Below are positions 1 to 8,513 of a stretch of DNA of 29,882 bases, in pieces. Source of the stretch: Anaerolineae bacterium (GTDB lineage: Bacteria; Chloroflexota; Anaerolineae; Anaerolineales; RBG-16-64-43). Location of the stretch: NCBI GenBank assembly GCA_003141675.1, contig PLND01000031.1, positions 1 to 29,882 on the forward strand, read 5' to 3'. The position numbers were made by a program, and so were the translations under genes. The number at the start of each line of letters is the position of its first letter. Positions within the stretch are counted from its first letter, which is position 1. The notes below the pieces were generated by a model. It was not told the origin of the DNA. It saw only the letters and a program-made list of their open reading frames with translations, and searched no databases.

Positions 1-284
1 GAATAATAAAGAATGTACACAAGATTGCGTATCGCTCGACTATATAAAGGATGAGCGCAAGGATGACGATTGCCGTGTCAAACTGTTCCAGGTCATTCGG
101 TTGGATGATTGCGATCGGTTATTTTTCGAGTTTATCCATTGTGGATTAGGCAATTTCAATCGATTGCCTTCTTGGGTTGCCGGGGAGAAAACCGATTGGG
201 CAGGAGATACAGGGGGAAGCAGATCAGCGGGACGACACCGAGCGCGGGCAATTTACGGAGCGCTGAATAGCGCCGGGAAGGAAA

Positions 285-692
285 TTATTCTGCCCCCCAT
301 AGCCATTCCCACCACACCATCCAATTGGGAGGGGAGTTCTCCATCGGTCCGGTTGGTGCCGGTGCGGGCGTGGAAGAAGTGGGCGCGATGGGCTGGATTA
401 GCACTTCACCTGGCAGCACCATCTTGCCGTGGCTTCGCGCCCAGTCCGCCACCGCCTGGTCGCTCTGAGCGCCCGCGATCAATGTTCCCATTCGACTGGA
501 TTCCCCCGCCAGTTCGGTCACCTGGGCGCCGATTTTATGTTCGAGGTTGCGTAAATCCGCAGCTTGGCTGATCCGCCGCCATAACTCGCCAAACACCAGC
601 AGGAATACGATGATCCCGGCGGCGATGAGGATTCGGTTCTGCCGCGAGGAGGACTGGGGAGGAACAGGGGAAGAGGAAGTGGGAGGCTGCAT
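285..692 (-). CDS. Septum formation initiator family protein (FtsB/DivIC-like): N-terminal TM helix, coiled coil, C-terminal ...GKMVLPGEVLIQPI... motif
   Basis: 135-aa ORF with a single TM segment (RILIAAGIIVFLLVF) followed by a heptad-like region and the PGE-[VI] C-terminal signature typical of FtsB/DivIC. The overlapping plus-strand ORF 101..571 looks like an antisense artefact. Confidence 0.5.
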   Translation of the reverse strand: MQPPTSSSPVPPQSSSRQNRILIAAGIIVFLLVFGELWRRISQAADLRNLEHKIGAQVTELAGESSRMGTLIAGAQSDQAVADWARSHGKMVLPGEVLIQPIAPTSSTPAPAPTGPMENSPPNWMVWWEWLWGAE

Positions 693-926
693 TCGGATTC
701 GCCGCTTGAATGATACGATGGTTTCCGGTGCAAAACAAGTGCCTGGTCTGCGGGCATTCTTTGATTATCAGGATGCGTTGTCGACTACGCGACTTGCGGT
801 TTGGCCTGTTTGGTGTATCCTCCATGGAAACCAATGGATCTCCCGGAGTATGGAAAATCGGATTCCGGTCGGGCGGCAGGATGCTCGCCGGAGAGAATGA
901 AGGATCTTTTCAGGAGGAGGTGAGCC

Positions 927-1175
927 ATGGAAACTCGCATCGGTGAGGTAACCCACTATTTCAACCATCTGAGTGTGGCGGTGCTCGAGCTGAGCGGGGA
1001 GCTGAAAGTGGGCGATACGATTCATTTTCATGGGAACGCCATCGACTTTTCCCAACCGGTCGATTCCTTGGAAATCGAACACCAAAAAGTGCAATCGGCC
1101 GGCCCCAAAAAAGAGGTGGCGCTCAAGGTGACCCAGCCTGTCCACAAGGGAACCGAGGTTTTCAAAGTATCGTAA
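927..1175 (+). CDS. Small (82-aa) beta-barrel protein, EF-Tu domain-2-like / translation-factor-like fold; function unknown
   Basis: GGAGGAGG Shine-Dalgarno 6-8 nt upstream of the ATG. The sequence is protein-like (GDTIHFHG...KVTQPVHKGTEVFKV). The overlapping minus ORF 768..1226 has no RBS and a low-complexity translation. Confidence 0.5.
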   Translation: METRIGEVTHYFNHLSVAVLELSGELKVGDTIHFHGNAIDFSQPVDSLEIEHQKVQSAGPKKEVALKVTQPVHKGTEVFKVS

Positions 1176-1682
1176 GCGGCGGGTTGGACTATCCCCCACT
1201 TTCTTGCACGCGAACTGTTCAACCACCGGCCTTTTCCACGCCGGAGTACTTCTATTTTTATTATTGGATAATGAATCCTTGGCTTCGTCGCTTTAACCCA
1301 GGGTAAATCCTCCCCGGTGGAAATCTGTCCGCTTTCGAATCATTCCCAGAGAGTCTGGCGTTCATCTCGAACCGCTGAAACCGAAACCCTGTCCGAAGAC
1401 CGCGGGATAACGGCCGTTCAGCTTATGCATACCGCCCGGTGGGTCGATCCGACCAGAGCGGCGCAGTGCCGGCCGGCGACCGTGCGCTTTCCGAAAATAT
1501 CCCTTGGGAAGCGCAGCAATTGCGCTTGCTCGGGCGATGCATTCCGCGTTACCGGAAGGATGAAATCGTCGTTTTCCACAGCGTGGATTAAATCTCTCTC
1601 CTCCGCTGATGTCTGATCGATAGGTATTCCATTGTCCGAAGGGTGAATAATCGGGATATGTCCCAGATCAAATACTCGGAGG

Positions 1683-2519
1683 CTATTCGAAGATGATCGT
1701 GCGTTGCCCGCAGAGGAATACGCGCTCGTCGAACACCAGCTTCACGGCCCGGGCCAGAACGGCCTTTTCGACGTCGCGTCCGGCCTGGATCATATCCTCG
1801 ACGGTGTAATTGTGATCCACGGGAATGACCCCTTGGGCGAGGATCGGCCCTTCGTCCAGGTTTTCGGTGACGAAGTGCGCCGTGGCGCCGATGATTTTCA
1901 CACCGCGTGTATACGCCTGGTGATAGGGGCTGGCCCCCGCAAAAGCCGGGAGAAACGAATGATGGATATTGATTATCCTATTCCGGTACCGGTCGATGAA
2001 ATGGGAGGAAAGCACGCGCATGTATTTGGCGAGGATGACATATTCCGGGTCATACGGGTCGAGCGCGGCGAGGATTTCCTCTTCGTGTTCGGTCCGAGTT
2101 TTATTCTCGTGAGGGATGGAATGAAAAGGAACGTCGAAACGGCGGACGAGTTCCTCCAACTCCGTATGATTGGAGATCACGGCCAGGATCGTCGCGTTCA
2201 GATCGCCGAAGGCGTTTCGCAGCAGCAAATCGCCCAGGCAGTGGTATTCCTTTGTCGCGAGGATCACCACCCGCCGTTTTTCTCTGCTGGGAAAACGGAC
2301 GAGCGCTCCGGGAGGAAGGCCGGCGGTGAGTTCGGCGGATAGCAATTTCTGATCCACCTCGCTCTCGACCGCCGTGCGCATATAGAACCGGCCGCTCTCG
2401 CGATCCACGAACTCGTCGTTGCGGATGATGTTCAGGCCGCGCCGGAAGAGCGCTCCCGTAACGGTGTGAATCAGCCCGGGCTGGTCGCTGCACTCGATCA
2501 GGATAATCTGATGGGTCAT
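1683..2519 (-). CDS. purU: Formyltetrahydrofolate deformylase (N-terminal ACT domain plus formyltransferase domain)
   Basis: Translation begins MTHQIILIECSDQPGLIHTVTGALF (ACT domain) and continues into a formyl-transferase fold (HHSFLPAFAGASPYHQA, SLYNAPN). The start is taken at the internal Met at 2519, preceded by GGGGA; the ORF-track start at 2612 adds 31 non-conserved residues. Confidence 0.85.
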   Translation of the reverse strand: MTHQIILIECSDQPGLIHTVTGALFRRGLNIIRNDEFVDRESGRFYMRTAVESEVDQKLLSAELTAGLPPGALVRFPSREKRRVVILATKEYHCLGDLLLRNAFGDLNATILAVISNHTELEELVRRFDVPFHSIPHENKTRTEHEEEILAALDPYDPEYVILAKYMRVLSSHFIDRYRNRIINIHHSFLPAFAGASPYHQAYTRGVKIIGATAHFVTENLDEGPILAQGVIPVDHNYTVEDMIQAGRDVEKAVLARAVKLVFDERVFLCGQRTIIFE

Positions 2520-2562
2520 GGATATCCCCGCGGGAAGGAATATTCCCGCTGCATTCGGTGCA

Positions 2563-2568
2563 TTATAC
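2563..2568 (-). promoter_or_regulatory. Candidate -10 hexamer (TATAAT, with adjacent TG) about 45 nt upstream of purU
   Basis: The minus strand reads cacTGTATAATgcacc. No good -35 element is seen. Confidence 0.25.
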
Positions 2569-2668
2569 AGTGAACGCCTATCGGCGGGATGGGGGGAGGA
2601 ACCACCGCGCAATCAGTTAATCCCGGATGGCCGCGCCGGTCCGAATTCGAAGTGGGAACGACAGAGAG

Positions 2669-3175
2669 CTATTCGTGGAATATTTTCTCGCCCGCTCGGA
2701 TGGGGATTTTAATATGGTTTTCAAACGGCGTGATCGGACAGGACCAGATCTCGTTGTAGGCGCAGTATGGGTTATAGGCATAGTTGAAATCGACGATAAA
2801 CCGCCCGCCGCGGATCGCTTTTGGCTCGAGATACCTCCCCGCGGGGTAGGTTTCCTTCCCCGAGAGCGAATCCACGAACGGAAGGAAATACGACCGATCA
2901 TTTTTATACACTGTCAATTCGGCAATCTGTCCTTCCGCTTCCACGGTGATCTTTCCAAAGCGCCGGTAATGTTGAACGCTCCCCGTCGTGGTTTGAATGG
3001 CGATCGGATCTTTGGATGGAAATTCCTGTAGAGCCATCTCCAAGCGGAGCTTCGGGTTCGGGGGAAAATATTTTAACCCCGCAAAATCGCGTTTTTGTTC
3101 GTAGGTCAGCGGGCTGTCCGGATCGCTAGAAAATAATTCGTCCTTTTCCTTACGGAACTTGGCGAGTTCATCCAT
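2669..3175 (-). CDS. DUF1684 domain protein
   Basis: C-terminal region ...FIVDFNYAYNPYCAYNEIWSCPITPFENHIKIPIRAGEKI is characteristic of DUF1684. The start is assigned to the Met at 3175 (GGAAAGGA RBS). The upstream Met at 3211 is immediately preceded by a 7-bp hairpin (3216-3236) that would occlude it. Confidence 0.7.
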   Translation of the reverse strand: MDELAKFRKEKDELFSSDPDSPLTYEQKRDFAGLKYFPPNPKLRLEMALQEFPSKDPIAIQTTTGSVQHYRRFGKITVEAEGQIAELTVYKNDRSYFLPFVDSLSGKETYPAGRYLEPKAIRGGRFIVDFNYAYNPYCAYNEIWSCPITPFENHIKIPIRAGEKIFHE

Positions 3176-3499
3176 GGTTGCCCATCCTTTCCAGATTATT
3201 GCCGAACCCATCGAGCCGGCGCGTTTCCGGCTCTCTTTACATTATCCCGCCTTCAGGTAAAAAAATCATCAGAAAAGACAGTGGAAGGCAATCTCGAATC
3301 GCGACCTTCCGTTGAATTTATCGGAGCGGCTTAGCGGAGACCGGGAAACGCCCGGGTTTGCCTCATCCACTGATGAGCCGGGAAAACTGCATTCGAAGGC
3401 GCCATAAAAAAGGCGGATTAAAAGAAGACACCCGGAGGAAGGTTGGCGATCCTCGTTTCGGGTGTATTGTGCATTTCACGGGCGCCGCCGGATTGCGAT

Positions 3500-3670
3500 C
3501 TACCGGACAGCCAATCCCAGATAATATGGCCAGATGACGATCGAAAAAAGTATCTGCCACCCGGCAAGGTTGGCAAAGGCCAGGGTAAACAGCCAGCCGA
3601 TGAACCAGATCGGTCCAAGGATGCTGCCAACTTGTACCTGGTTGATGATGGGTTTGTTTTCTGATGTCAT
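3500..3670 (-). CDS. Small (56-aa) two-TM membrane protein, unknown function
   Basis: AGGAGAGAAAAATG: a strong SD 6 nt upstream of the ATG at 3670. The product is hydrophobic (GPIWFIGWLFTLAFANLAGWQILFSIVIWPYYLGLAV). Confidence 0.5.
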   Translation of the reverse strand: MTSENKPIINQVQVGSILGPIWFIGWLFTLAFANLAGWQILFSIVIWPYYLGLAVR

Positions 3671-4129
3671 TTTTCTCTCCTGTTCCATCCACAGATGGGG
3701 CCCGCCCCCCATCAATTATTGCGGCGTCTTCTATTCTATATACGCCCAATCTCGTAAAAAAGCGCAAGTGATCGCGTCAGCTCGTCATGGATCCATCTCG
3801 AACCGATTGCTAATATGATAAGGATGATCGTATTCTTGGGAGGGCATCATGGCAGCATTCCGGCACAACCCCATTGGATCATGGTCGGCGAGTTTGCGGT
3901 TGTTTCCGATATTATCTATTGGAAATATAATCAGCTCGAAAAACATTTTCAATGGAAGAGATATCCGCATCGGCAGAACAGGATTTATGAGGCTGAATTC
4001 CTTTGAAAATGAATCCCTTTTTATGGATTCCGACATCTGAGAGTCGCCCCTGGAACCGGCCGAGGCAAGCCGGATGTTTTCAACGATAGGCGCAAATAAA
4101 ATATCGCTGCAATATTATCTTTATAAAGG

Positions 4130-6274
4130 TTAAGGTGAAAAAGGAGTTGAGGAGTTCGGCAATATTAGTCTCACGATGGTTCCTCCGCCGATGCGTTCAT
4201 CCGCTGTTAATCGGCCGCCGATCAGCGCCATCATTGTGCTGTGGAGAGCCAATCCCTGCCCGGTCCCGCTTTTCGAGCTTTCACCGGAGGGCATGCCGAC
4301 GCCGTCGTCTTCGACGGCGAGTTCCAGAGAGTCCGTTGCCTGCAGGGAAAGCTTCAAATGCAATGGACGGGAAGCATCCGTCCCGCGTCCGTATTTGGCC
4401 GCGTTCCGGATCGCTTCCCGCGCCGCGTAGAACCACACTTCGATGAACATCGGCGGCAAGTTCTCCGAAGCCTGTTCCGCCCGCGGATCGATCCCCCATT
4501 GAACCTCGTCGAATGAGTCTTTCAATTCATCGGCCATCAAATGCCGCAGGGCCTCGGCAATATTGCGGATCGACTCTTCGGAGGGAGACGTGTGCGGCAT
4601 ATCGATCAGGAGTTGGGAAATCCGCCGGTGGATTTGCGCCAGGTCGGCCAGGGCCTTGGAGGTCTCCTCATCACCGGCGCTGCGAGCATATAGCGCCAAC
4701 AGGTCGGCGTGGAGCGAAGGCAGAATCTCGTCGTGCAGCACGAGGCGCGTCTTGCGGTCAAGAACCTGGCTTCCCACCAGGCGCTCGCGCTGAATCGAGA
4801 TCAGACGGCGCGCCAGTTCGGCGCCGGTCTGCGCGTCGATCAGCCGCTCGCAAACCGCCTGGGCGATCTCGAAATCCTCCTGCGTGTAGAGGCTCCCATC
4901 GAGCTTGTCGCCTAGGAGCAGCATTCCGATTGGGCCGCGCCGGCTCCATAATCCAACCGCCCAGCGCAGCCGGTCGGGCCGGTCCGCAGCCAGGGGGACA
5001 ACCGCCTGGCGGGACGGCGGTGACGAGATTTCCGAGACGGAAACGGTGACGGGGAAATTCGCCGGATAAGTGAGTGGAAGGCCCCACAGCGGAGCCATCG
5101 GACCGACGGCCGCCAGCGCCGCGCGTTCGCAGCCAAGGACGTCGGAACACAGCGTGCGGAACGGGCCGAGGGCGTCGGCTCCCCACGGCGATGGAGAATC
5201 CGCCGTCAGCCGTTCGTATAGTTGCTGGCTGGAGACGAAGGGCCGCAGAGTCTCGAGGAAGGAATCCCGCTCGGTGTAGGAATGGCGGCCCATGAGCGCG
5301 TAGAAAACCGTCATGACAACGGTTGCCAGAAGCAGGATGAAGACCGGTGTCAGACGGCTGGTCAGACTCCAGCCGACGATCAGGCTATAACCGCCGGCCA
5401 GGGTGACGGCGTTCCGCCAATAGCGCGCCAAGCCGCGGCGCGGGAGGATCCTGCCGGTGAATACTTCGTAGGCCACGACCGACTGCCCCAGGAGCAGCAC
5501 GGCCAGACCGATCAATACGGCGATGACCAGATCCAACCCGCCGAGAATGAGCAGGAAATCCTGCATCGACCGGGCGTTCACGTTGAGCAGCACCCACAAT
5601 TCTGCCAGACCGACCAGCAGACACACAACCAGCAGCGCGAGCGAGGCTGCCGTCAACCATGGACGGGCGCGCCGGCGGGCGGCGCCGCCCATCATCCGCG
5701 CGGTCGGGCCGGGCCGCCGCAGGGCGTCGAACGCCAAGCCCATGCAGACGACGATGAAGAGCGGGTAGGCGAGCATCGCCCCCGGAAAACCGCCGCTGGA
5801 GATGGCGGAACCCGACTCATAGGATGCCAACCCGGAGATGGTGGGCGGCGGGTTGGCCGTTAGCGCGAGGGCGATCCAGGCGAGTGCGGAGGATGCGCAT
5901 AAGAGGAACCACGGCCGGTGACGGCGGAATAAATTCCCGGCGCCCTCCTCCCAGAAGCCGGCGTACCAGAGCATCACCGCGTACCAGGTGAAGGGCAGGA
6001 TGGCGACCGTGATCCACCCGACGCGCCACCAGAAGTTGAGCGCGGGAAGCAGTGAGCGGATGTCGAAACCCAATAAAGCGGTGTGAAAAAGGAAAAATAC
6101 GCCGCCCAGGAGCAGGCTTCCGGCGGCCATCCAGAATCCCCATGCGCCGCTGCGGCTCTCCGGCGCGCGATGGCGCGCGTTGAGCAATACCGTCAACCCC
6201 AGCCAGAGCATGAGGATGGCGTTGAATAGGGATGTGGAAAACAGCGACCAATCAAGATAGAAGAAGCCGGTCAT
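4130..6274 (-). CDS. Sensor histidine kinase: about 330-aa polytopic membrane N-terminal domain, HisKA_3-type dimerisation/H-box (LVLHDEILPSL), HATPase_c
   Basis: The C-terminal residues FIEVWFYAAREAIRNAAKYG...DDGVGMPSG...GTGQGLALHS form the N/G1/G2 boxes. It sits directly downstream of a NarL/LuxR-type response regulator. Confidence 0.85.
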   Translation of the reverse strand: MTGFFYLDWSLFSTSLFNAILMLWLGLTVLLNARHRAPESRSGAWGFWMAAGSLLLGGVFFLFHTALLGFDIRSLLPALNFWWRVGWITVAILPFTWYAVMLWYAGFWEEGAGNLFRRHRPWFLLCASSALAWIALALTANPPPTISGLASYESGSAISSGGFPGAMLAYPLFIVVCMGLAFDALRRPGPTARMMGGAARRRARPWLTAASLALLVVCLLVGLAELWVLLNVNARSMQDFLLILGGLDLVIAVLIGLAVLLLGQSVVAYEVFTGRILPRRGLARYWRNAVTLAGGYSLIVGWSLTSRLTPVFILLLATVVMTVFYALMGRHSYTERDSFLETLRPFVSSQQLYERLTADSPSPWGADALGPFRTLCSDVLGCERAALAAVGPMAPLWGLPLTYPANFPVTVSVSEISSPPSRQAVVPLAADRPDRLRWAVGLWSRRGPIGMLLLGDKLDGSLYTQEDFEIAQAVCERLIDAQTGAELARRLISIQRERLVGSQVLDRKTRLVLHDEILPSLHADLLALYARSAGDEETSKALADLAQIHRRISQLLIDMPHTSPSEESIRNIAEALRHLMADELKDSFDEVQWGIDPRAEQASENLPPMFIEVWFYAAREAIRNAAKYGRGTDASRPLHLKLSLQATDSLELAVEDDGVGMPSGESSKSGTGQGLALHSTMMALIGGRLTADERIGGGTIVRLILPNSSTPFSP

Positions 6275-6382
6275 TTTTTATTCGATAGGAATGATAATTA
6301 AATACATATTTGACTGACCCATCCCCTTGCCTCCGTTCCCTTTGCGGCATTCTCGTTACTGACCTAACCCCTTTTTCCCCAT

Positions 6383-6420
6383 CCCCTCTTCCCCTTCCCT
6401 TAAGGGAAGGGGAAGAGGGG
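6383..6420. repeat. Perfect 38-nt palindrome CCCCTCTTCCCCTTCCCTT|AAGGGAAGGGGAAGAGGGG (pyrimidine arm / purine arm), in the RR-HK intergenic spacer
   Basis: Read directly from the sequence. Flanking bases extend an imperfect dyad to about 6362-6445. A second family member lies at 12600-12642. Confidence 0.85.
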
Positions 6421-6436
6421 TGCAAGGGTGAAGAGG

Positions 6437-7219
6437 TTAGGTTTTCTCCGGCGCCCACTGCGTTCCATCTTCCTGGATTTTGGGCGTTCCGTCGTCGTCC
6501 CACGCCAACAGCCGGCCGGCGGCGACGATCAACGCCGCGCGCGTGCGCGCCACTTTCTCATCGGTGCTGTCGGCGGCCAGACCCCACGCGGCGTAGATCT
6601 GCCCGTTGGTGCGGCTGATCGTGCGCTTGTCGCGGAACCCCATCCGCGCGGCGATTTGCTCGTTGGTCAACCCTTGGGCCAGCATCCGGGCGACGGCTTG
6701 CTCGTTCGGTTCGAGCAGCGCCAGCGGATCATTCTCGTCCTTCCGGCGGACTTCCTGGACCCGCGCCTCGATCTCCGGATCGATGAAGCTCCTCCCGGCC
6801 ACGGCATCGCGCAGGAGCGGAAGAAGCATCGCCGGCAGGAGGTAATTGGATTTCCGCACGTAAGCGTAATGACTGAGGATTCCCGACCGGCGGAAATCGC
6901 GGTAGAAGGCATCGTCGTCTTGGATCGAATAGAACACAACCGGAATGCGCGGAAATTCGCGCCGGGCGGCCGTCGCCGCCTGGATCCCGTTCATCTTTCC
7001 CGCCAACTGCACGTCGAGAAGCAAGACATCCGGCAGGGTCTCGCCTTTCCCGGATTGCACTGCCTCCCTCTTTTCACGATCCATCAGCCATTCCAACGCC
7101 GCTTCGCCGCTTTCGCAGGCGAAGATGATCCGCGCTTCGCAAGTCGCTTCCAATCCGGATTGCAAAGCGGATCGCAACTTGGCATTGTCTTCCACAAAGA
7201 GGATCGCAAGAGGATTCAC
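6437..7219 (-). CDS. NarL/FixJ-family response regulator (REC plus LuxR-type HTH) with an about 50-aa C-terminal extension
   Basis: GTG start at 7219. MNPLAILFVEDN...LLLDVQL forms a receiver domain with the conserved Asp. LTNEQIAARMGFRDKRTISRTNGQIYAAWGL is a LuxR HTH. Confidence 0.85.
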   Translation of the reverse strand: MNPLAILFVEDNAKLRSALQSGLEATCEARIIFACESGEAALEWLMDREKREAVQSGKGETLPDVLLLDVQLAGKMNGIQAATAARREFPRIPVVFYSIQDDDAFYRDFRRSGILSHYAYVRKSNYLLPAMLLPLLRDAVAGRSFIDPEIEARVQEVRRKDENDPLALLEPNEQAVARMLAQGLTNEQIAARMGFRDKRTISRTNGQIYAAWGLAADSTDEKVARTRAALIVAAGRLLAWDDDGTPKIQEDGTQWAPEKT

Positions 7220-7416
7220 GATATCAGGCCTTTTTATCGGCGATTATCCTAAATCATCCGAGCCATTATTCCCGCGCCGGAACAATACTGCAAACAGGAG
7301 AGAGCGTCAAACACCCAGGTGCATGCTGAGAAGGGTTTGGAACGTGGTTGGGGATGCAGTCTGTCGTAGAATGAAAATGTGCTTGCTGGCCGGCGATTCC
7401 CCGCGAAATTCCAGCC

Positions 7417-8130
7417 GTGGTTCGGGCTTCGTCCGAAGAAAAAACCATGAGGATTCGATCGCGTCTTCTATCGGTGTCGATTTTTTCCATCGCCATGGCC
7501 TGGGTGGAATCGGCGGTGGTGTTGGATCTGCGCGTCCTCGTGGGCAGGTTGCAGCCCTATCAACCGAATCCATTGCCGCACTTCGGAGGTTTGAGCCAGG
7601 CCGAGATCATCCGTGAAGTGGCGACCCTGGTGATGTTGTTCGCCGTTGGATGGCTGGCCGGGGACCGCGCGAGAACCCGGCTCGCTTACAGCGCTTTCGC
7701 TTTCGGTTTGTGGGATATCTTTTATTATTTATTTCTCATCCCGCTCACCGGGTGGCCGAAGTCGTTCCTGGATTGGGATATCCTTTTCCTGTTGCCCGTT
7801 CCCTGGTGGGGGCCGGTGATCGCTCCGATCGCCATCTCTTTCCTGATGATCACAGGAGGCGTGCTGGTGGTCCTGATTAATGGGCGAGCACATCCCGCTT
7901 GCCTGAACGTCTGGTTTTTAGCGGCCGGGCTGATCGGCGCGGGCATGATATTCTCCGCTTTCACCGCCGACGCATTCGCCGCCTCCAGTCACGGCATGGA
8001 AGCGGTCCGGCAAGTATTGCCGGTAACTTTCCGCTGGAACATGTTCCTGACCGGCTTGTTCCTGATGGCCGTCCCCGTTCTGGCTATGGCCGGGCAGGCG
8101 ATCGGTTTATTGCGAAAGAAGGAAGGGTAA
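7417..8130 (+). CDS. Polytopic membrane protein of unknown function
   Basis: 237-aa ORF with at least 6 predicted TM helices, divergent from the response regulator. The start is ambiguous (7417 or ATG at 7447). Confidence 0.5.
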   Translation: MVRASSEEKTMRIRSRLLSVSIFSIAMAWVESAVVLDLRVLVGRLQPYQPNPLPHFGGLSQAEIIREVATLVMLFAVGWLAGDRARTRLAYSAFAFGLWDIFYYLFLIPLTGWPKSFLDWDILFLLPVPWWGPVIAPIAISFLMITGGVLVVLINGRAHPACLNVWFLAAGLIGAGMIFSAFTADAFAASSHGMEAVRQVLPVTFRWNMFLTGLFLMAVPVLAMAGQAIGLLRKKEG

Positions 8131-8134
8131 ATAC

Positions 8135-8326
8135 ATGGACGCGGTCTTTGAACTATGTGTGCGGATTCTTGTCCGGCTTGCCGATCTGACGGGGCTGACG
8201 TACAAAGAAATCAATGAATGGATTTTCGTCATCCTTTGGCCGATCCTCACGCTGGGTCTCATCGTGCTGGCGATTTTTCAACGGCGGCGAATTCAAATAT
8301 TGGAAGCAACATTCAAAGAAGAGTAA
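8135..8326 (+). CDS. Small (63-aa) membrane protein
   Basis: AGGAAGGG RBS upstream. It starts 4 nt after the stop of the preceding membrane-protein gene. One clear TM helix (WIFVILWPILTLGLIVLAIF). Confidence 0.45.
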   Translation: MDAVFELCVRILVRLADLTGLTYKEINEWIFVILWPILTLGLIVLAIFQRRRIQILEATFKEE

Positions 8327-8513
8327 CGATAGCAGAGAACGATGAGGAGGAAGCGATGGAGAAATCGGTTCCTTTTAATCTGAATGGATGACGATATCCA
8401 ATTGTATCAATTAAAATAAATGGAATCCGCCCGATTGGAGTTCTGGAATCTCCCTATAAGCACATTCTGGGGAAGATAATCCGGGTTGGCGCGCAGAAAA
8501 AGTTTATGCCGTC

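Noticed and set aside
101-571. Plus-strand 156-aa ORF
   Set aside because: It overlaps the FtsB-like gene on the opposite strand. The translation is Arg/Pro/Gly/Trp-rich, typical of antisense frames in GC-rich DNA, and there is no RBS.
768-1226. Minus-strand 152-aa ORF overlapping the 927..1175 plus-strand gene
   Set aside because: The plus-strand ORF has a strong GGAGG RBS and a protein-like sequence. The minus ORF has neither.
2520-2668. Possible ZTP/pfl riboswitch upstream of purU
   Set aside because: There is a purine/folate context, but the conserved pfl pseudoknot sequences were not recognisable by eye.
3362-3377. CUGAUGAG-containing palindrome (CTCATCcactGATGAG) resembling a hammerhead ribozyme core
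   Set aside because: No helix II hairpin followed by GAAA, and no properly spaced cleavage-site triplet, could be arranged. It is most likely a simple 6-bp palindrome next to a CCGGG/CCCGG hairpin.
3785-4036. 83-aa minus-strand ORF in the AT-rich gap between the kinase and the small membrane-protein gene
   Set aside because: No RBS. It is overlapped by two equally weak plus-strand ORFs. AT-rich intergenic DNA generates such ORFs by chance. It is left as non-coding, and the gap probably holds a promoter region.
6428-7252. 274-aa plus-strand ORF antisense to the response regulator
   Set aside because: The response-regulator receiver and LuxR HTH motifs are clear on the minus strand. The plus-strand product is an Arg/Pro-rich artefact.
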